A stretch of DNA of 64,000 nucleotides from Actinomycetota bacterium (GCA_026003015.1 BPGL01000001.1:423353-487352); one strand, 5' to 3'. Shown: positions 27,779 through 38,449, numbered from the stretch's first letter. Notes: generated from the sequence alone by a model not told the origin. Numbers and translations: made by a program.

Positions 27779-28969
27779 CTACGACGGCTGCGCCGCCAGG
27801 GATCCGGCGGGGCGCTCCTTGCGCGGGTCGACGAACGGGATCGCCGCCGTGACGCCGACGAGCCGCTCGCCGTCCTCGGACTCGACCTCCAGGCGCGTGC
27901 CGGGCTCGGCGAGCTCGATCGGCACCCAGACGTAGCCGATGTTGCGCCCGAGCCCCGGGGACCACACGGCGTCGGTGACGTGCCCGACCCGGCGCCCCTC
28001 GGCGAAGACCGGCCAGTAGACGGACAGCTCGGCGCGCAGCTGCTCGCCCTCGAGCTCGATCCCCACGAGCTTGCGGTCCACGCCGGTGCGCTTGAGCGCC
28101 TCGAGCGCCTCCTTGCCGATGTAGTCCTGCGGCTGGTCCTCGACGAGGCGCTCGAGCCCCATCACGTGCAGCGGCGTGTCGGCCAGGCTCATGTCCGAGC
28201 CGTAGTTGAAGATGCCGGCCTCGATGCGGCGGGCCTCCGAAGGCGCGATCGGTCGGATCCCGAACTCCTCGCCAGCCTCGGCGACCGCGTTCCACAGGTC
28301 GGTGCCGCGGCTGCCGTCGAGCAGGTTGACCTCGAACCCGGGCAGCGCCGTCCAGCCCGTGCGGCTGATGAGGACGGGGATCCCGCGGATCTCGAACCGG
28401 TCGCACCAGTAGTAGCGCAGGTCGTAGATCGCCGGTCCGACGAGCTTGGCGAGCGTGCGGGCCGACAGCGGGCCCTGGACCTGCATGGGGTGGACGTCGG
28501 GAAGCGTGACCTCCACGTCGAACCCGCCCTGCGCGGCGACGCCGAGCGCGTACAGGTGCGCGTCGGAGTCGGCGAGCTGCATCCACCACCGGTCGTGGTC
28601 CACGTGCAGCAGGACGGGGTCGTTGACGATCCCGCCGTCGGGAGCCGTCACGATCATGTACTTGCCCTGCTTGACCGCGCAGCGGGTCAGGTCGCGGCAC
28701 GTGAGCAGGTCGACGAGTCGGTCGGCGTCGGGACCGCTGATCTCCACGGTCCGTTCGACCCCGACGTCCCACATCGTCACGCCCTCGCTCAGGACCCGGT
28801 ACTCCTCGTCGGGGTCGTCGTAGTACGCGGGCAGGTACATGTGGTTGTAGATGTCGTAGGCCGAGCACCCCGCGCGCAGCGTCGCCTCGAAGAACGGCGA
28901 GCGCCGGTACCACGGCCCGAAGTACAGCGTCGTGCTCTTCGCGAGCATCTCCGGCCGTTCGTTCACCAT
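27779..28969 (-). CDS. aminomethyltransferase family protein (GcvT fold, DmdA-like)
   Basis: The start is MVNERPE. The pattern YNHMYLP, WDVGVER.VEISGPDA, GGIVNDPV, MQVQGP and RIEAGIFNYGSDM resembles DMSP demethylase-type GcvT proteins. Confidence 0.75.
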   Translation of the reverse strand: MVNERPEMLAKSTTLYFGPWYRRSPFFEATLRAGCSAYDIYNHMYLPAYYDDPDEEYRVLSEGVTMWDVGVERTVEISGPDADRLVDLLTCRDLTRCAVKQGKYMIVTAPDGGIVNDPVLLHVDHDRWWMQLADSDAHLYALGVAAQGGFDVEVTLPDVHPMQVQGPLSARTLAKLVGPAIYDLRYYWCDRFEIRGIPVLISRTGWTALPGFEVNLLDGSRGTDLWNAVAEAGEEFGIRPIAPSEARRIEAGIFNYGSDMSLADTPLHVMGLERLVEDQPQDYIGKEALEALKRTGVDRKLVGIELEGEQLRAELSVYWPVFAEGRRVGHVTDAVWSPGLGRNIGYVWVPIELAEPGTRLEVESEDGERLVGVTAAIPFVDPRKERPAGSLAAQPS

Positions 28970-29093
28970 GACCCTGGCCTCCTTCGGCCGAACCCCCGCG
29001 GCTCGGCCCACCGGCCTGAATCATCGTTCAATCAGGGCACGCAGCGCAAGCCCCCTGCTCAGGGGGGTCACCGGGTCGCGGCTGAACCGCGGT

Positions 29094-30254
29094 TCAGGAG
29101 ATGGGGATCTGCTTGCTCGGGTCGACGAACGGCATCGGCACGACGGTCGCCGTCCGGGTCCCCCACTCGGACTCGACCCGCACCTGCTGCCCCTCGCGCG
29201 AACGCTCGGTCGGCAGCCAGCAGTACCCGATGTTCTGCTGCAGCCGCGGCGAGTAGATGGCGGAGGTGACCTTGCCGACGCGCTCGCCGTCGATGAACGC
29301 CGGCCACTTCACGTTGTTCAGGGCCGGGAACGGATCGCCGTCGAACGTGACGCCGTTGATCTTCTTGCGGACGCCCTCGGCCGCGATCCGCCGGTAGGCC
29401 GCGATCGAGATCGAGTCCTCGTCCGACAGGGTGTCCAGATCGACGAGGCGCTCCAGGCCGAGCTCGAAGGCGTTCTCCTGGTAGGTCATGTCGGCCCCCC
29501 AGTTGAAGATGCCGCCCTCGATCCGGCGGATGTCGCTCGGGCCGGTGGGCTTGATGTTGAACTCCTGGCCGGCCTGGATGATCGCCTCGTACACGTCCAC
29601 ACCGCGCGACGGGTCGAGCGTGTAGACCTCGTACCCCACCTCGGAGGTCCACCCGGTTCGGGTGATCACGACGGGGACGCCGGCGATCTCGGCGTGGCGC
29701 CACCAGTAGTACTTGAGATCGAGGATCTGCTCGCCCACGAGCTTGGCCATGAGCGGCTTGGACTTCGGGCCCTGGACCTGCAGCGGGGCGGCGTCGGCCT
29801 CGCGGATCGTCACGTCGAGGTCGGGGTAGGCGTTCTTCAGGCCGCGCGCGAACAGCAGCGCGTCGGAGGAGGCGAGCGCGAACCAGAAGGTGTTCTCGTC
29901 CATCCGCGTGAGCACCGGGTCGTTGATGATCCCGCCGTCGGCGTCGCAGATCAGCACGTACTTCGCCTGGCCCACCGCGCACTTGGACAGGTCGCGCGGC
30001 GTGAGCAGCTGCGCGAACCGGAACCCGTCGCGACCGCTGATCTCCAGGCAGCGCTCGACGGACACGTCCCACAGCGTGACGTCGTTCAGGAGCGCCTCGA
30101 ACTCCGCCTCGAAGGTGTCGAAGCGGATCGGGAAGTACATGTGGTTGTAGACCGTGAAGCCCTTCGGGCCGTAGCGCTGGGTGGCCTCGTAGTAGGGCGT
30201 CCGGCGGTTGCGGGCGCCCCGCTGCACCAGGCTCATGTCGAACGGCTCGGGCAT
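29094..30254 (-). CDS. aminomethyltransferase family protein (GcvT fold, DmdA-like), tandem paralog
   Basis: RRTPYYEAT, YNHMYFP, WDVSVER, GGIINDPV, LQVQGP and RIEGGIFNWGADM are collinear with the neighbouring paralog. Confidence 0.75.
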   Translation of the reverse strand: MPEPFDMSLVQRGARNRRTPYYEATQRYGPKGFTVYNHMYFPIRFDTFEAEFEALLNDVTLWDVSVERCLEISGRDGFRFAQLLTPRDLSKCAVGQAKYVLICDADGGIINDPVLTRMDENTFWFALASSDALLFARGLKNAYPDLDVTIREADAAPLQVQGPKSKPLMAKLVGEQILDLKYYWWRHAEIAGVPVVITRTGWTSEVGYEVYTLDPSRGVDVYEAIIQAGQEFNIKPTGPSDIRRIEGGIFNWGADMTYQENAFELGLERLVDLDTLSDEDSISIAAYRRIAAEGVRKKINGVTFDGDPFPALNNVKWPAFIDGERVGKVTSAIYSPRLQQNIGYCWLPTERSREGQQVRVESEWGTRTATVVPMPFVDPSKQIPIS

Positions 30255-30340
30255 CGTCGTCCTCCTTCAGAGTCGCGTCGAGGTCGGCGTCATCGTCGGA
30301 GCCGCGCGGCGCCCTCGCAACGGCGAGCCCTGACTTCGGG

Positions 30341-32014
30341 TCAGGCCGAGGCGACGTCCTCCGCCGCCCACACGAGCTCCCCCTCCACGTAGGTCCGCAG
30401 CACCCGGGCCTCGGCGATCTCGGTGACCGGGTGCTCGAACAGGTTGCGATCGAGCACGACGAGGTCGGCGAGCTTGCCCACCTCGATCGAGCCGGTCTCG
30501 CGCTCGAGGTGGTTGACGTAGGCGCTGCCCATCGTGAAGGCCGCTAGCGCCGTCGGGAGATCGAGGCGCTCCGCCGGCAGGAACGGCTCGTCGACCTCGA
30601 CGCGGTAGGGGTAGCTCGGCGGCATCCGGCGGTTGACCGCGACGTGGATCTCCTCCAGGGGGTTGGGGCTCGACACCGACCAGTCGCTGCCCATCGCGAG
30701 GGTGGCGCCGTGGCGGACGAGCGAGGCGAACGGGTACTGGTGGCGCCACCGCGGCTCCCCGAGGAACGGGATCGTGAGCTCGTCCATCTGCGCCTCGTGG
30801 GCCGCCCACAGCGGCTGGGCGTTGGCGACGGCCCCGAGCCGGCGGAACCGCGGCACGTCCTGGGGATCGACGATCTGGATGTGCGCGAGGTGGTGCCGCC
30901 CGTCGGTCCAGCCGTTGGCCTCGCGGGCAGCCTCGATCGCGTCGAGCGCCTCGCGCACGGCCCGGTCGCCCAGCGCGTGGAAGTGAACCTGGAACCCCAG
31001 CGCGTCCAGCCGCGTCACGGCCTCGCGCAGCAGCCCGGGCTCGACGAAGGAGATCCCCCGGTTGTCGGTGGGGTGGCCGTCGGCGTCGAGGTAGGGCTCG
31101 AGCACCGCCGCGGTGAAGTTCTCGCAGACGCCGTCCTGCATGATCTTCACGCTGGTCGGTCGGAACCGCCCGACGGGGCCGAGCGCCCGCCGCTCGACGA
31201 GCTCGTCGATCTGCTCCAGACCGCGGTGCCGGTCCCACCACAGGGCCCCGACGACGCGCGCCGTGAGCCAGCCCTCGCGGGCCGCCGCCAGGTAGGCGGG
31301 CAGGTTCCCGAAGTCGCCGGCGACGTCGACGATCGCGTCCTGCCACGCGGTGATCCCGAGGGAGTGCAGGTACGCCTGGCCGCGCCGAAGGCCCTCCCGG
31401 AGGTCCTCCTCCGACGGCGGGGGCACGTGGCGCTCGACGAGCGAGGCGGCGCCCTCGTGCAGCGTCCCCTGCGGCTCCCCGTCGGCCGTGCGCTCGATCC
31501 GCCCGTCCGCTGGGTCCGGGGTGTCCCGCGTGATGCCGGCCAGCCGAAGCGCGGCGCTGTTGACCCAGGCGCTGTGCCCGTCGCGGTTCGGGAGGAACAC
31601 CGGACGGTCGGCGACGACGGCGTCGAGCAGCTCCTTGGCGGGCGTGCCACCGGGGAAGGCGTCCATCGACCAGCCGCCGCCCAAGATCCAGGGCACGTCG
31701 GGATGGGTCTGGGCGTAGGCGCGGACCGCCTCGACGTAGGCCTCGGCGCCGTCGAGGTCGTGCAGGTCGCAGCGGAGCATGTCGAGCCCGCCGCTCACCG
31801 GGTGGACGTGGGCGTCCTGGAACCCCGGCAGGAGCATGCCGCCGGCCAGGTCGACGACCTCGGTCGCCGGCCCGGCGAGCCCCCGGACCTCGTCGTCGGC
31901 GCCGACGGCCACGATGCGACCGTCGCGGACCGCCGCCGCCTGGGCCCAGCGCCGCGCGGCGTCGACCGTGTAGACGGCGCCGTTCGCGAAGATGAGATCC
32001 GGGTGCTCGCTCAT
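30341..32014 (-). CDS. amidohydrolase (YtcJ/Amidohydro_3-like)
   Basis: The start MSEHPDLIFANGAVYT gives 557 aa. Shows LLPGFQDAHVHP, and further downstream HFHALGD and HLAHIQ. The upstream part of the 651-aa track ORF is not credible. Confidence 0.8.
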   Translation of the reverse strand: MSEHPDLIFANGAVYTVDAARRWAQAAAVRDGRIVAVGADDEVRGLAGPATEVVDLAGGMLLPGFQDAHVHPVSGGLDMLRCDLHDLDGAEAYVEAVRAYAQTHPDVPWILGGGWSMDAFPGGTPAKELLDAVVADRPVFLPNRDGHSAWVNSAALRLAGITRDTPDPADGRIERTADGEPQGTLHEGAASLVERHVPPPSEEDLREGLRRGQAYLHSLGITAWQDAIVDVAGDFGNLPAYLAAAREGWLTARVVGALWWDRHRGLEQIDELVERRALGPVGRFRPTSVKIMQDGVCENFTAAVLEPYLDADGHPTDNRGISFVEPGLLREAVTRLDALGFQVHFHALGDRAVREALDAIEAAREANGWTDGRHHLAHIQIVDPQDVPRFRRLGAVANAQPLWAAHEAQMDELTIPFLGEPRWRHQYPFASLVRHGATLAMGSDWSVSSPNPLEEIHVAVNRRMPPSYPYRVEVDEPFLPAERLDLPTALAAFTMGSAYVNHLERETGSIEVGKLADLVVLDRNLFEHPVTEIAEARVLRTYVEGELVWAAEDVASA

Positions 32015-32150
32015 GGTGGCCTTCCCTCCGGTCGTTCGTGGCCAGGACCGGCCACAGGGTAGCCGTGCGGTGGGGTGCGGCGCGAGGGATCGGCGGCGGG
32101 CTTCGGGCCGGGCGTCAAGCGATCGGGCGGCACGACCCGATACCGGGGTC

Positions 32151-33128
32151 ATGAGGTCGCGGTCCCTGGTCCTCCTGCTCGCGCTCGCGCAGGTCCTGGG
32201 GGTCCATGCCTGCGCGCCGGCGAGCGCCGACGCCCGCGCCATCGTCGGCGATCCGGCGGACGTGCGGCCCTCGGCCCAGCCCGGTCTGGTCCTCATGGGC
32301 GGCGGCCCCGACGTCGACGAGGCGTTCCGCTGGATGCTGGAACGCAGCGGCTTCGGGGACGTCGTGGTGCTGCGGGCCTCGGGGGGCGACGGCTACAACG
32401 ACTACCTGGCCGGCCTCGGGCCGGTGGACTCCGTCGAGACGATCGTCACCAGGACGCGGGCGCAGGCCGACGCGGCCGCTCCCGTCGTGCGCCGAGCCGA
32501 GGCGATCGTCATCGCGGGCGGCGACCAGGCCGAGTACCTCCGGCTGTGGCGGGGCACGGAGCTCGAGCGGGCCATCCGCGAGCGGGCCCGGTCGGTTCCG
32601 GTCGGCGGCACGAGCGCCGGCCTCGCGATCCTCGGCGACGTGGTCTTCTCGGCCGAGCGAGGCACCGTCTACTCGGGCGAGGCCCTGCGCGATCCGTTCA
32701 ACCGGTACATGACCTTCGAGCGGGACTTCCTCGACCTCGAGCCGCTCGCCGGGGGCATCACCGACTCCCACTTCCGGGAGCGCAACCGGATGGGGAGGCT
32801 CGTGAGCTTCCTGGCGCGGATGACCAAGGGCCGGTGGGTGCGCGGGGCGTGGGGCGTGGGGATCGACGAGGCCACGGCGCTCCTCGTCGAGCCCGACGGC
32901 ACCGTCGAGCTCGTCGGCGAGGGCAGCGCCTTCGTGCTGCGCCCCTCGCGACGACCGGCGCTTTGCCGGGCCGGCGAGCCGCTGACGATGCGCGGGGTGC
33001 GGGTCTGGCGTCTGGACGAGGGCGACCGGTTCGACCTCGCGACCTGGCGGGGCGTCGGGGTCGTCCGCTTCAGGATCAGCGCGATCGAGGGCCGCCTGCG
33101 CTCCTCGACCGGCCGGATCTACGGGTAG
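32151..33128 (+). CDS. secreted cyanophycinase-like peptidase (S51 / class I glutamine-amidotransferase-like fold)
   Basis: Has the signal peptide MRSRSLVLLLALAQVLG and the motifs GGGPD, IAGGDQ and the nucleophile context GGTSAGLAIL. Confidence 0.6.
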   Translation: MRSRSLVLLLALAQVLGVHACAPASADARAIVGDPADVRPSAQPGLVLMGGGPDVDEAFRWMLERSGFGDVVVLRASGGDGYNDYLAGLGPVDSVETIVTRTRAQADAAAPVVRRAEAIVIAGGDQAEYLRLWRGTELERAIRERARSVPVGGTSAGLAILGDVVFSAERGTVYSGEALRDPFNRYMTFERDFLDLEPLAGGITDSHFRERNRMGRLVSFLARMTKGRWVRGAWGVGIDEATALLVEPDGTVELVGEGSAFVLRPSRRPALCRAGEPLTMRGVRVWRLDEGDRFDLATWRGVGVVRFRISAIEGRLRSSTGRIYG

Positions 33129-33220
33129 CGGTCGAGCCCGGCGAGGGTGCTTGCGCTCCCCGCCCGGAGCGGGAAGGCTGAAGGGGTGGGCCCGGTGGTG
33201 CGGGCCCGCGGGGGTCGGCG

Positions 33221-33856
33221 ATGCAGCGGCGGGTCGTCGCGGGGCAGGAGGTCGAGGCGTGGCTCGACCTGCTGGCCGCCGAGACCCCCGAGACCGGCGC
33301 CAGCGCCGCCGCCGCCCTCGTCGCCGCCTGCGGCGCCGCCCTCGTCGCGTCGGTCGCCCGCCGGACCGCGCGTCGGGCGCCCGACGCGGCGGAGCGCCTC
33401 GACGTCGTCGCGCGCGAGGCCGACGAGGCGCGCTCGGTCGTGCTCGGGCTCGCCGACCGGGACGCGGCGGCCTACCACCGCACCCTGGAGGCCTACCGTC
33501 TGCCCCAGGACAGCGACGAGGACCGCCGCGAGCGGCTCCGCGCGCTGCAGGCGGCCCTGCAGGAGCTGCTCGAGATCCAGCTCGACCTGGCGCGGCGGTC
33601 GGCCTACCTGCTGGGGCTCGCCGAGGAGGTGACCGCGGACGCCGACGCCAACGCCGTGGCCGACGGCCTGGGCGCGGCCGCGGCGCTGTACGCGGCGACG
33701 CTCGCCTCGGTGGCCAACGCCGAGGTGAACGCCTTCGCGATCCTCGACGAGGAGCGGCGCGAGGAGCTCCGCTCCACGTGCCGAGCGCTCACCGAGCGGG
33801 CCGGCACGATCCTCGAGGGGACCCAGGCGCGGTTCCGAGAGCGCCTGTCCGAGTGA
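33221..33856 (+). CDS. cyclodeaminase/cyclohydrolase family protein (FTCD C-terminal-like)
   Basis: An all-helical Ala-rich protein with the motifs AAYHRTLEAYRLPQDSDE and NAEVNA, typical of the formimino-THF cyclodeaminase domain. Confidence 0.6.
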   Translation: MQRRVVAGQEVEAWLDLLAAETPETGASAAAALVAACGAALVASVARRTARRAPDAAERLDVVAREADEARSVVLGLADRDAAAYHRTLEAYRLPQDSDEDRRERLRALQAALQELLEIQLDLARRSAYLLGLAEEVTADADANAVADGLGAAAALYAATLASVANAEVNAFAILDEERREELRSTCRALTERAGTILEGTQARFRERLSE

Positions 33857-33886
33857 GGGCCGACCAGGGCGGATCATCTGCCCCAT

Positions 33887-34789
33887 TCAGTCCCCGGTGA
33901 AGTAGTCCTGGTCCACCTTCTTCAGGTCGTAGGCAGCGACCGTGGACACGGCGACCCCGTGGTCGATCATGAGACCCACCAACGTCTCGCCGGTCGATCA
34001 GCACCACCTTGCTGTCGATGCTGGAGGCGTAGTCCCGGGCCTCGCGCGTGAAGCTGGAGGTGGTGATGAAGACCCCCTTGCGGGCGCGGTGCCCCTGGAG
34101 GGCGCCCGCGAACCGCTGGACCTCCGGTCGTCCCACGGGGTGCTCCCAGCGCTTGGCCTGGACGTAGATCACGTCCAGGCCGAGCCGGTCCTCGCTGATC
34201 ACCCCGTCGATGCCCCCGTCCCCGCTGCGACCGATGGCACGCCCCGCCTCCGCTCTCGATCCCCCGTAGCCCATGGCGAGGAGGACGTCGACGACGAGCC
34301 GCTCGAAGAAGGGCGGGCGGAGCTCGCCTTGACGAGCTTGAGGAGCTCGGCCATCAGGGCCCGCCGCAGCTGCTGATGCGCCTCCTCGAGCGCCTCCTCG
34401 GGGCTCACCTCGGGAGAGGGGCTCGGGGTCCGCCCTTGCGGGCGCCGGCGCTCGCGGAAGGAACGGAACTCCTCGAACCGCTCGAGGAACTCGACGGTGA
34501 TCCGGGCCGGCGCCTCCCCCAGTACTTCCCGCCCCCGGTCGGTGATCCGGAACCAGCCGCGGCGTGGGGCCTGGAGGAGGCCCGCCTGGGCGAGGTACGT
34601 CGCGCCCACTGCACGCGGTTGTCGAACGTCAGCTGGCGCCCGCTCGGCAACCGCTCCTTCCGTTCCTCCTCGGACAGCCGTAACCGCTCGGCGAGCGTCT
34701 CGACCGCCTCGCGGAACGAGTGCCTCCCGCCCGTCGCCCGCCAGCTTGAGCAGCGGCAGCATGATCGTCTGGAAGTCCGGGATCGTCAT
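33887..34789 (-). pseudogene. mrr: mrr-type restriction endonuclease, multiply frameshifted
   Basis: The Mrr_N winged helix (MTIPDFQTIMLPLLKLAGDG, FDNRVQWAR, YLAQAGLLQAPRRGWFRITDRGREVL) and the Mrr catalytic core (GDGGIDGVI, VYVQAKRW) are spread over at least three frames. An extra C near 33990 separates ...SKVVLID from GETLVGLMIDHGVAV...DYFTGD-stop. Confidence 0.8.
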
Positions 34790-34858
34790 GGCGCTCCGAT
34801 CCACCGACGGGCCGTGATCCGCCGTCCACCGCTCGGAGCTCTCATCGCGGCCGACATC

Positions 34859-37735
34859 CTAGACCCACGCAGTGGCACGGCGGGTTCGGAGGGTATCGGC
34901 GATCTGGCGGGCGCAGCGCTCGGGGTGGTTCAGGATCTGCCGGCCCCAGTAGGTGAGGGACGGTCCAGCCGCGCTGCGCGAGGAAGTTGCGCTTGGCAGC
35001 GTCCAGCTCGAGCGTCTCGCGATCCCCGTGGAACTGGTACCCGTCGCAGTACACCGCCACCTTCAGATCCGGCCATGCGAAGTCGGGGACGGTGACGAGC
35101 GGCCCCTGCCTCCGTCCTCACCTCGTGCTCACGCTCGGGCTCGGGGATCCCCTCCACGCCCCGGAGCGCCGCGAGGAGCACCTCCTCGATGTGGCCCCTC
35201 GGTGTACCTTCCCTCTTCCCGTTCCCTGCGCCGTTCGGCGAGCTTGCGCGTCCAGCGCATGCCGGCCCTCGCCAGCCGGCACCCGCCGGGCCTCCACGGG
35301 CTCCGCCAGCGCGAGATGGAACAGCAGATCGCGCACCAGCTCCTTGTCGAGCCAGCCGTGCCAGCGCTGATTCCCGAACCGCTTGAGGCAGCGGTAGCAG
35401 GCCCGCGCGCACTCGTGCCCGAAGATCCGCGCGTAGGCGGCGTCGGCGGCCTCCGGGAGGTGGGCGGCGAGCTCCTCCAGGTACCCGCCGCCCCCCCGGG
35501 GACCGACTCGTAGAGCACCACCTGTCCAGGACGCTCCGCTTCACTGTCCGGGTTCGGGCCGGTCTTCCGCGGGAAGGCCGAGATCTCGCACGCCTCGGTC
35601 TCGAGGTACGTGGACCGCCGCGATGAGCAGCGCCTCCGCCGCCGTCACCAGGAGCGCCTCGTCGTACCCCGCGCTCCCCGGCTGAGGCGGGACGGTCGCC
35701 ACCAGCCGCGTCGGTCCGGAACTCGTACCCGAGCACCAGTTCCTCGCACACGCCCGGGCAGAACCGGGCGTGGCTCTCCCTCCCATCGCTTCGCCTGGTC
35801 GGGGTCGGCCGGCCGGTGTCTGCCGCACTCCGCGCAGATCGCGAAGCGCTCGCCCTCTCCCTTGATCGGATCCTGTCGGCCCCAGTTCGTGCGGAGGATC
35901 CGCGCCATGCGCCGGTGCTCGACGGGGGAGGAAGGCGTAGTCGAAGAGCGCCGCCTCGGCGTCGCCCTCCTCGACGAGCCGGTCCCGGACGTCGAACCGC
36001 CGTCGCTCGCGGACGTCCCTCCGCCGAGGTGATGCGCGCCTGGTCCTCCGCCTCGAACTGGGACACGGAAGGCCACGTTCACGTGGCCGCGCATCTGCGC
36101 GCTGCAGACCGGGCATTCGTTGCGGATTCTCCTCGGTGACCATTGTCGCAGCGCTCGCAGAAGTAGTACGCCCGCGCGAGCCCGGAGGAGTCGAGGTTGC
36201 TCCGGGCCCCCGCCACCCCCCGCCTCCGACCAGCTCCCGGCGAAGATCGCCCGGATGGTCTTGAGCTTGTGGTTGTTGGTGTAGACGAGGTTGCCGGGGT
36301 GCGAACTCCTCCAGCCCGATCCCCGCGGGGCGGAAGAGGCGTCGGCGTGTCGTCCACCCCGGGGTCGAGCGAGAAGGTGTCCGTGGGGAACTGGTACGAG
36401 GGCAGCAGCCCGGCGTCGGCGAGGTACGCGAGCGGGTACGCGCGCTCGGGGTCGGTCGTGATCTCCGCGTAGGCGCGCTGACGGGCCGCGGCTTTCCCCG
36501 CTTGTCGTACACGGTCGAGCCGATCGTCGAGTACTGCTTGAACTCCTCGTTCAGGCGCTGGACCTGCGCCCACCAGCCCTCGAGCACGCGCTCCGTGTCG
36601 TCGCGGAAGCCCTCCACGATCCGACGGGCCTCCTCGGTGCCGAACCCGGTCACCCGGCCCGCCCGGCGGTCCGCCTCGAAGAGCCCGGCGAGCCGTTCCA
36701 CGAGCGCGTCCCGCCGCCGCTCGGCCTCGGCGTACAGGCTTCCAGCTCCTCGTTCTCCCGCTTCGTCGGCTCGCGCACGTCGTCGAGGAAGGCGGCCATC
36801 CGTCCCGGCAGCTGCGCATCGAGCTCTTCGAGGAGGAAGGAGCGGAGGTGCCGTTCCACGATCCGGGGGTTGTCGAGCCGAACGTGGGGCGGCCGGAACT
36901 CGCCGCGCACGAGCCAGGCCGGATCCTCGAAGGCGTGCCGGTCGTGCGGCCCGGGTCCGCAGAAGGTCGAGACGAACCCGATCCGCAGCCGCCTGCCGGC
37001 CCGCCCGACCCGCTGGAGGTAGTTGGCCGGCATCGGCGGGGCGTTCCGGAGCACCACGGTGAGGAGGGGGCCCGATGTCCACCCCCAGCTCGAGGGTCGG
37101 GGTGCAGACCAGGACGTCGAGCTTCCCTTCCTTGAAGGCCTTCTCGCGCCTGGCGCGCTCCTCCCCGGCGATCTGCGCGGAGTGCTCCTTCACGAGGAAC
37201 CGCTGCGGCTTCCCTCGATACAGCCGGACGTAGTAGTGGTCGGGATCCGCGACGGCCGGCTGGGGCCGCCCCTTGTCGCAGCGGGGCGTGGGGCAGGACG
37301 TCGAGCAGCTCGTACGGCCGCCACTCCTGGCACGCGGGGCACCGCCCAACCCTCCCCCGCCGGCACGAGCCGGATGATCCGCGAGGCCACCTGCAGGGGC
37401 TCCACGCGCCCCACCCGCTCCTTGGGCGGGATCTTGATGGGAGCGACCTCCAGGATCTCGTGGTGTTTCAGCAGCGGGATGAGGTCGCGGAGGAAGAGCT
37501 CGGCCCGCCCGGGATCCGCGCCCGCCGCGCCCCCGATGACCCTCGCGGCCAGCTGGTGGATCGCGGGGAGCCGGCCCCGCGCCCCCTCCTCCCGCACGAT
37601 CCCGTCGAAGCGCTTCTTGAGGTGGGATGGCCGGTCCAGCGCGAAGGCCTTGGGCTTGAGCTCCCGGTCGGGGATCCGGAGGGAGTACGGCTCCTCCTCG
37701 AGCTCACGCCACTCGTCGTGGACGAGGCCCAGGAC
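34859..37735 (-). pseudogene. DEAD/DEAH helicase - DUF1998 (MZB) - DUF559-like endonuclease fusion, N-terminally truncated and heavily frameshifted
   Basis: Fragments lie in different frames. They include helicase motif V (LDVLVCTPTLELGVDIG), motif VI (NYLQRVGRAGRR), DUF1998 pieces (LLPSYQFPTD, ICAECG, VLYESVPGGAGYLEEL, ACYRCL) and a C-terminal VAVYCDGYQFHGDRETLELDAAKRNFLAQRGWTV. Helicase motifs I and II are missing. Confidence 0.75.
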
Positions 37736-38338
37736 TTCGCCGCCGGTTGGTGGCTCGCGCTCCAGCTCCTCCTCCACGACCCCGACCGCGGCGTCCTGTA
37801 CGCGTTCTCCGACGACAACCAGGCCATCTACCGCCCGCCCGAGCTCCCTGAGGGGCTCGCCTCGTTCCGCCTCTCCGAGGTGTGGCGGAACACCGAGCAG
37901 GTCTTCGCCGCCGTGAAGACCTTCTACCGGGGCGACGAGATCGTCTGCAAGGGCCCCGAGGGGCCGGAGGTCGAGATCCGCGGGGTGAGGCCGGAGCGGC
38001 TCCGCGACGAGCTCTCCCGGGTGCTCCACCGGCTCGTCGTGGAGGGGGACCTCGACCCGCGGGACGTCGTCGTCCTCACCCCGCACGCCGCGGAGCACAG
38101 CGCAGCGGCCGGGCGGGTGGGCGCGTTCGTCCTCACGCCGGAGCCGAAGGGCGGTCGCGACATCCTGCTTTCGAGCATCCGGCGGTTCAAGGGGCTCGAC
38201 GCGCCCGCCGTCGTGGTCTGCGAGGTGGACCGCTACGCCGAGGAGGAGTTCACGAAACAGCTGTACGTGGCCTGCTCGAGGGCTCGCACGCTCCTCGTCG
38301 TCCTCATCACGGAGCAGGAGCGGCCCTCGGCGGGGTAG
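37712..38338 (+). pseudogene. SF1 (UvrD-like) helicase, C-terminal fragment lacking its N-terminal ATPase start
   Basis: Reads LVVDEAQDF ... YAFSDDNQAIY ... RNTEQV ... RFKGLDAPAVVVCEV ... LYVACSRARTLLVVL. There is no Walker A upstream; the upstream sequence belongs to the opposite-strand helicase remnant. Confidence 0.65.
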
Positions 38339-38449
38339 CCGGTCGAAGGAGCGGATCCTAAGGCGCGGCGCCCTCCCCTGCGCCCCCCGGCCGGTGGCTT
38401 CTCGGGCGGTCCGTACCGTGGTGCGACGGCGAACCGAAGGAGGAGAACG

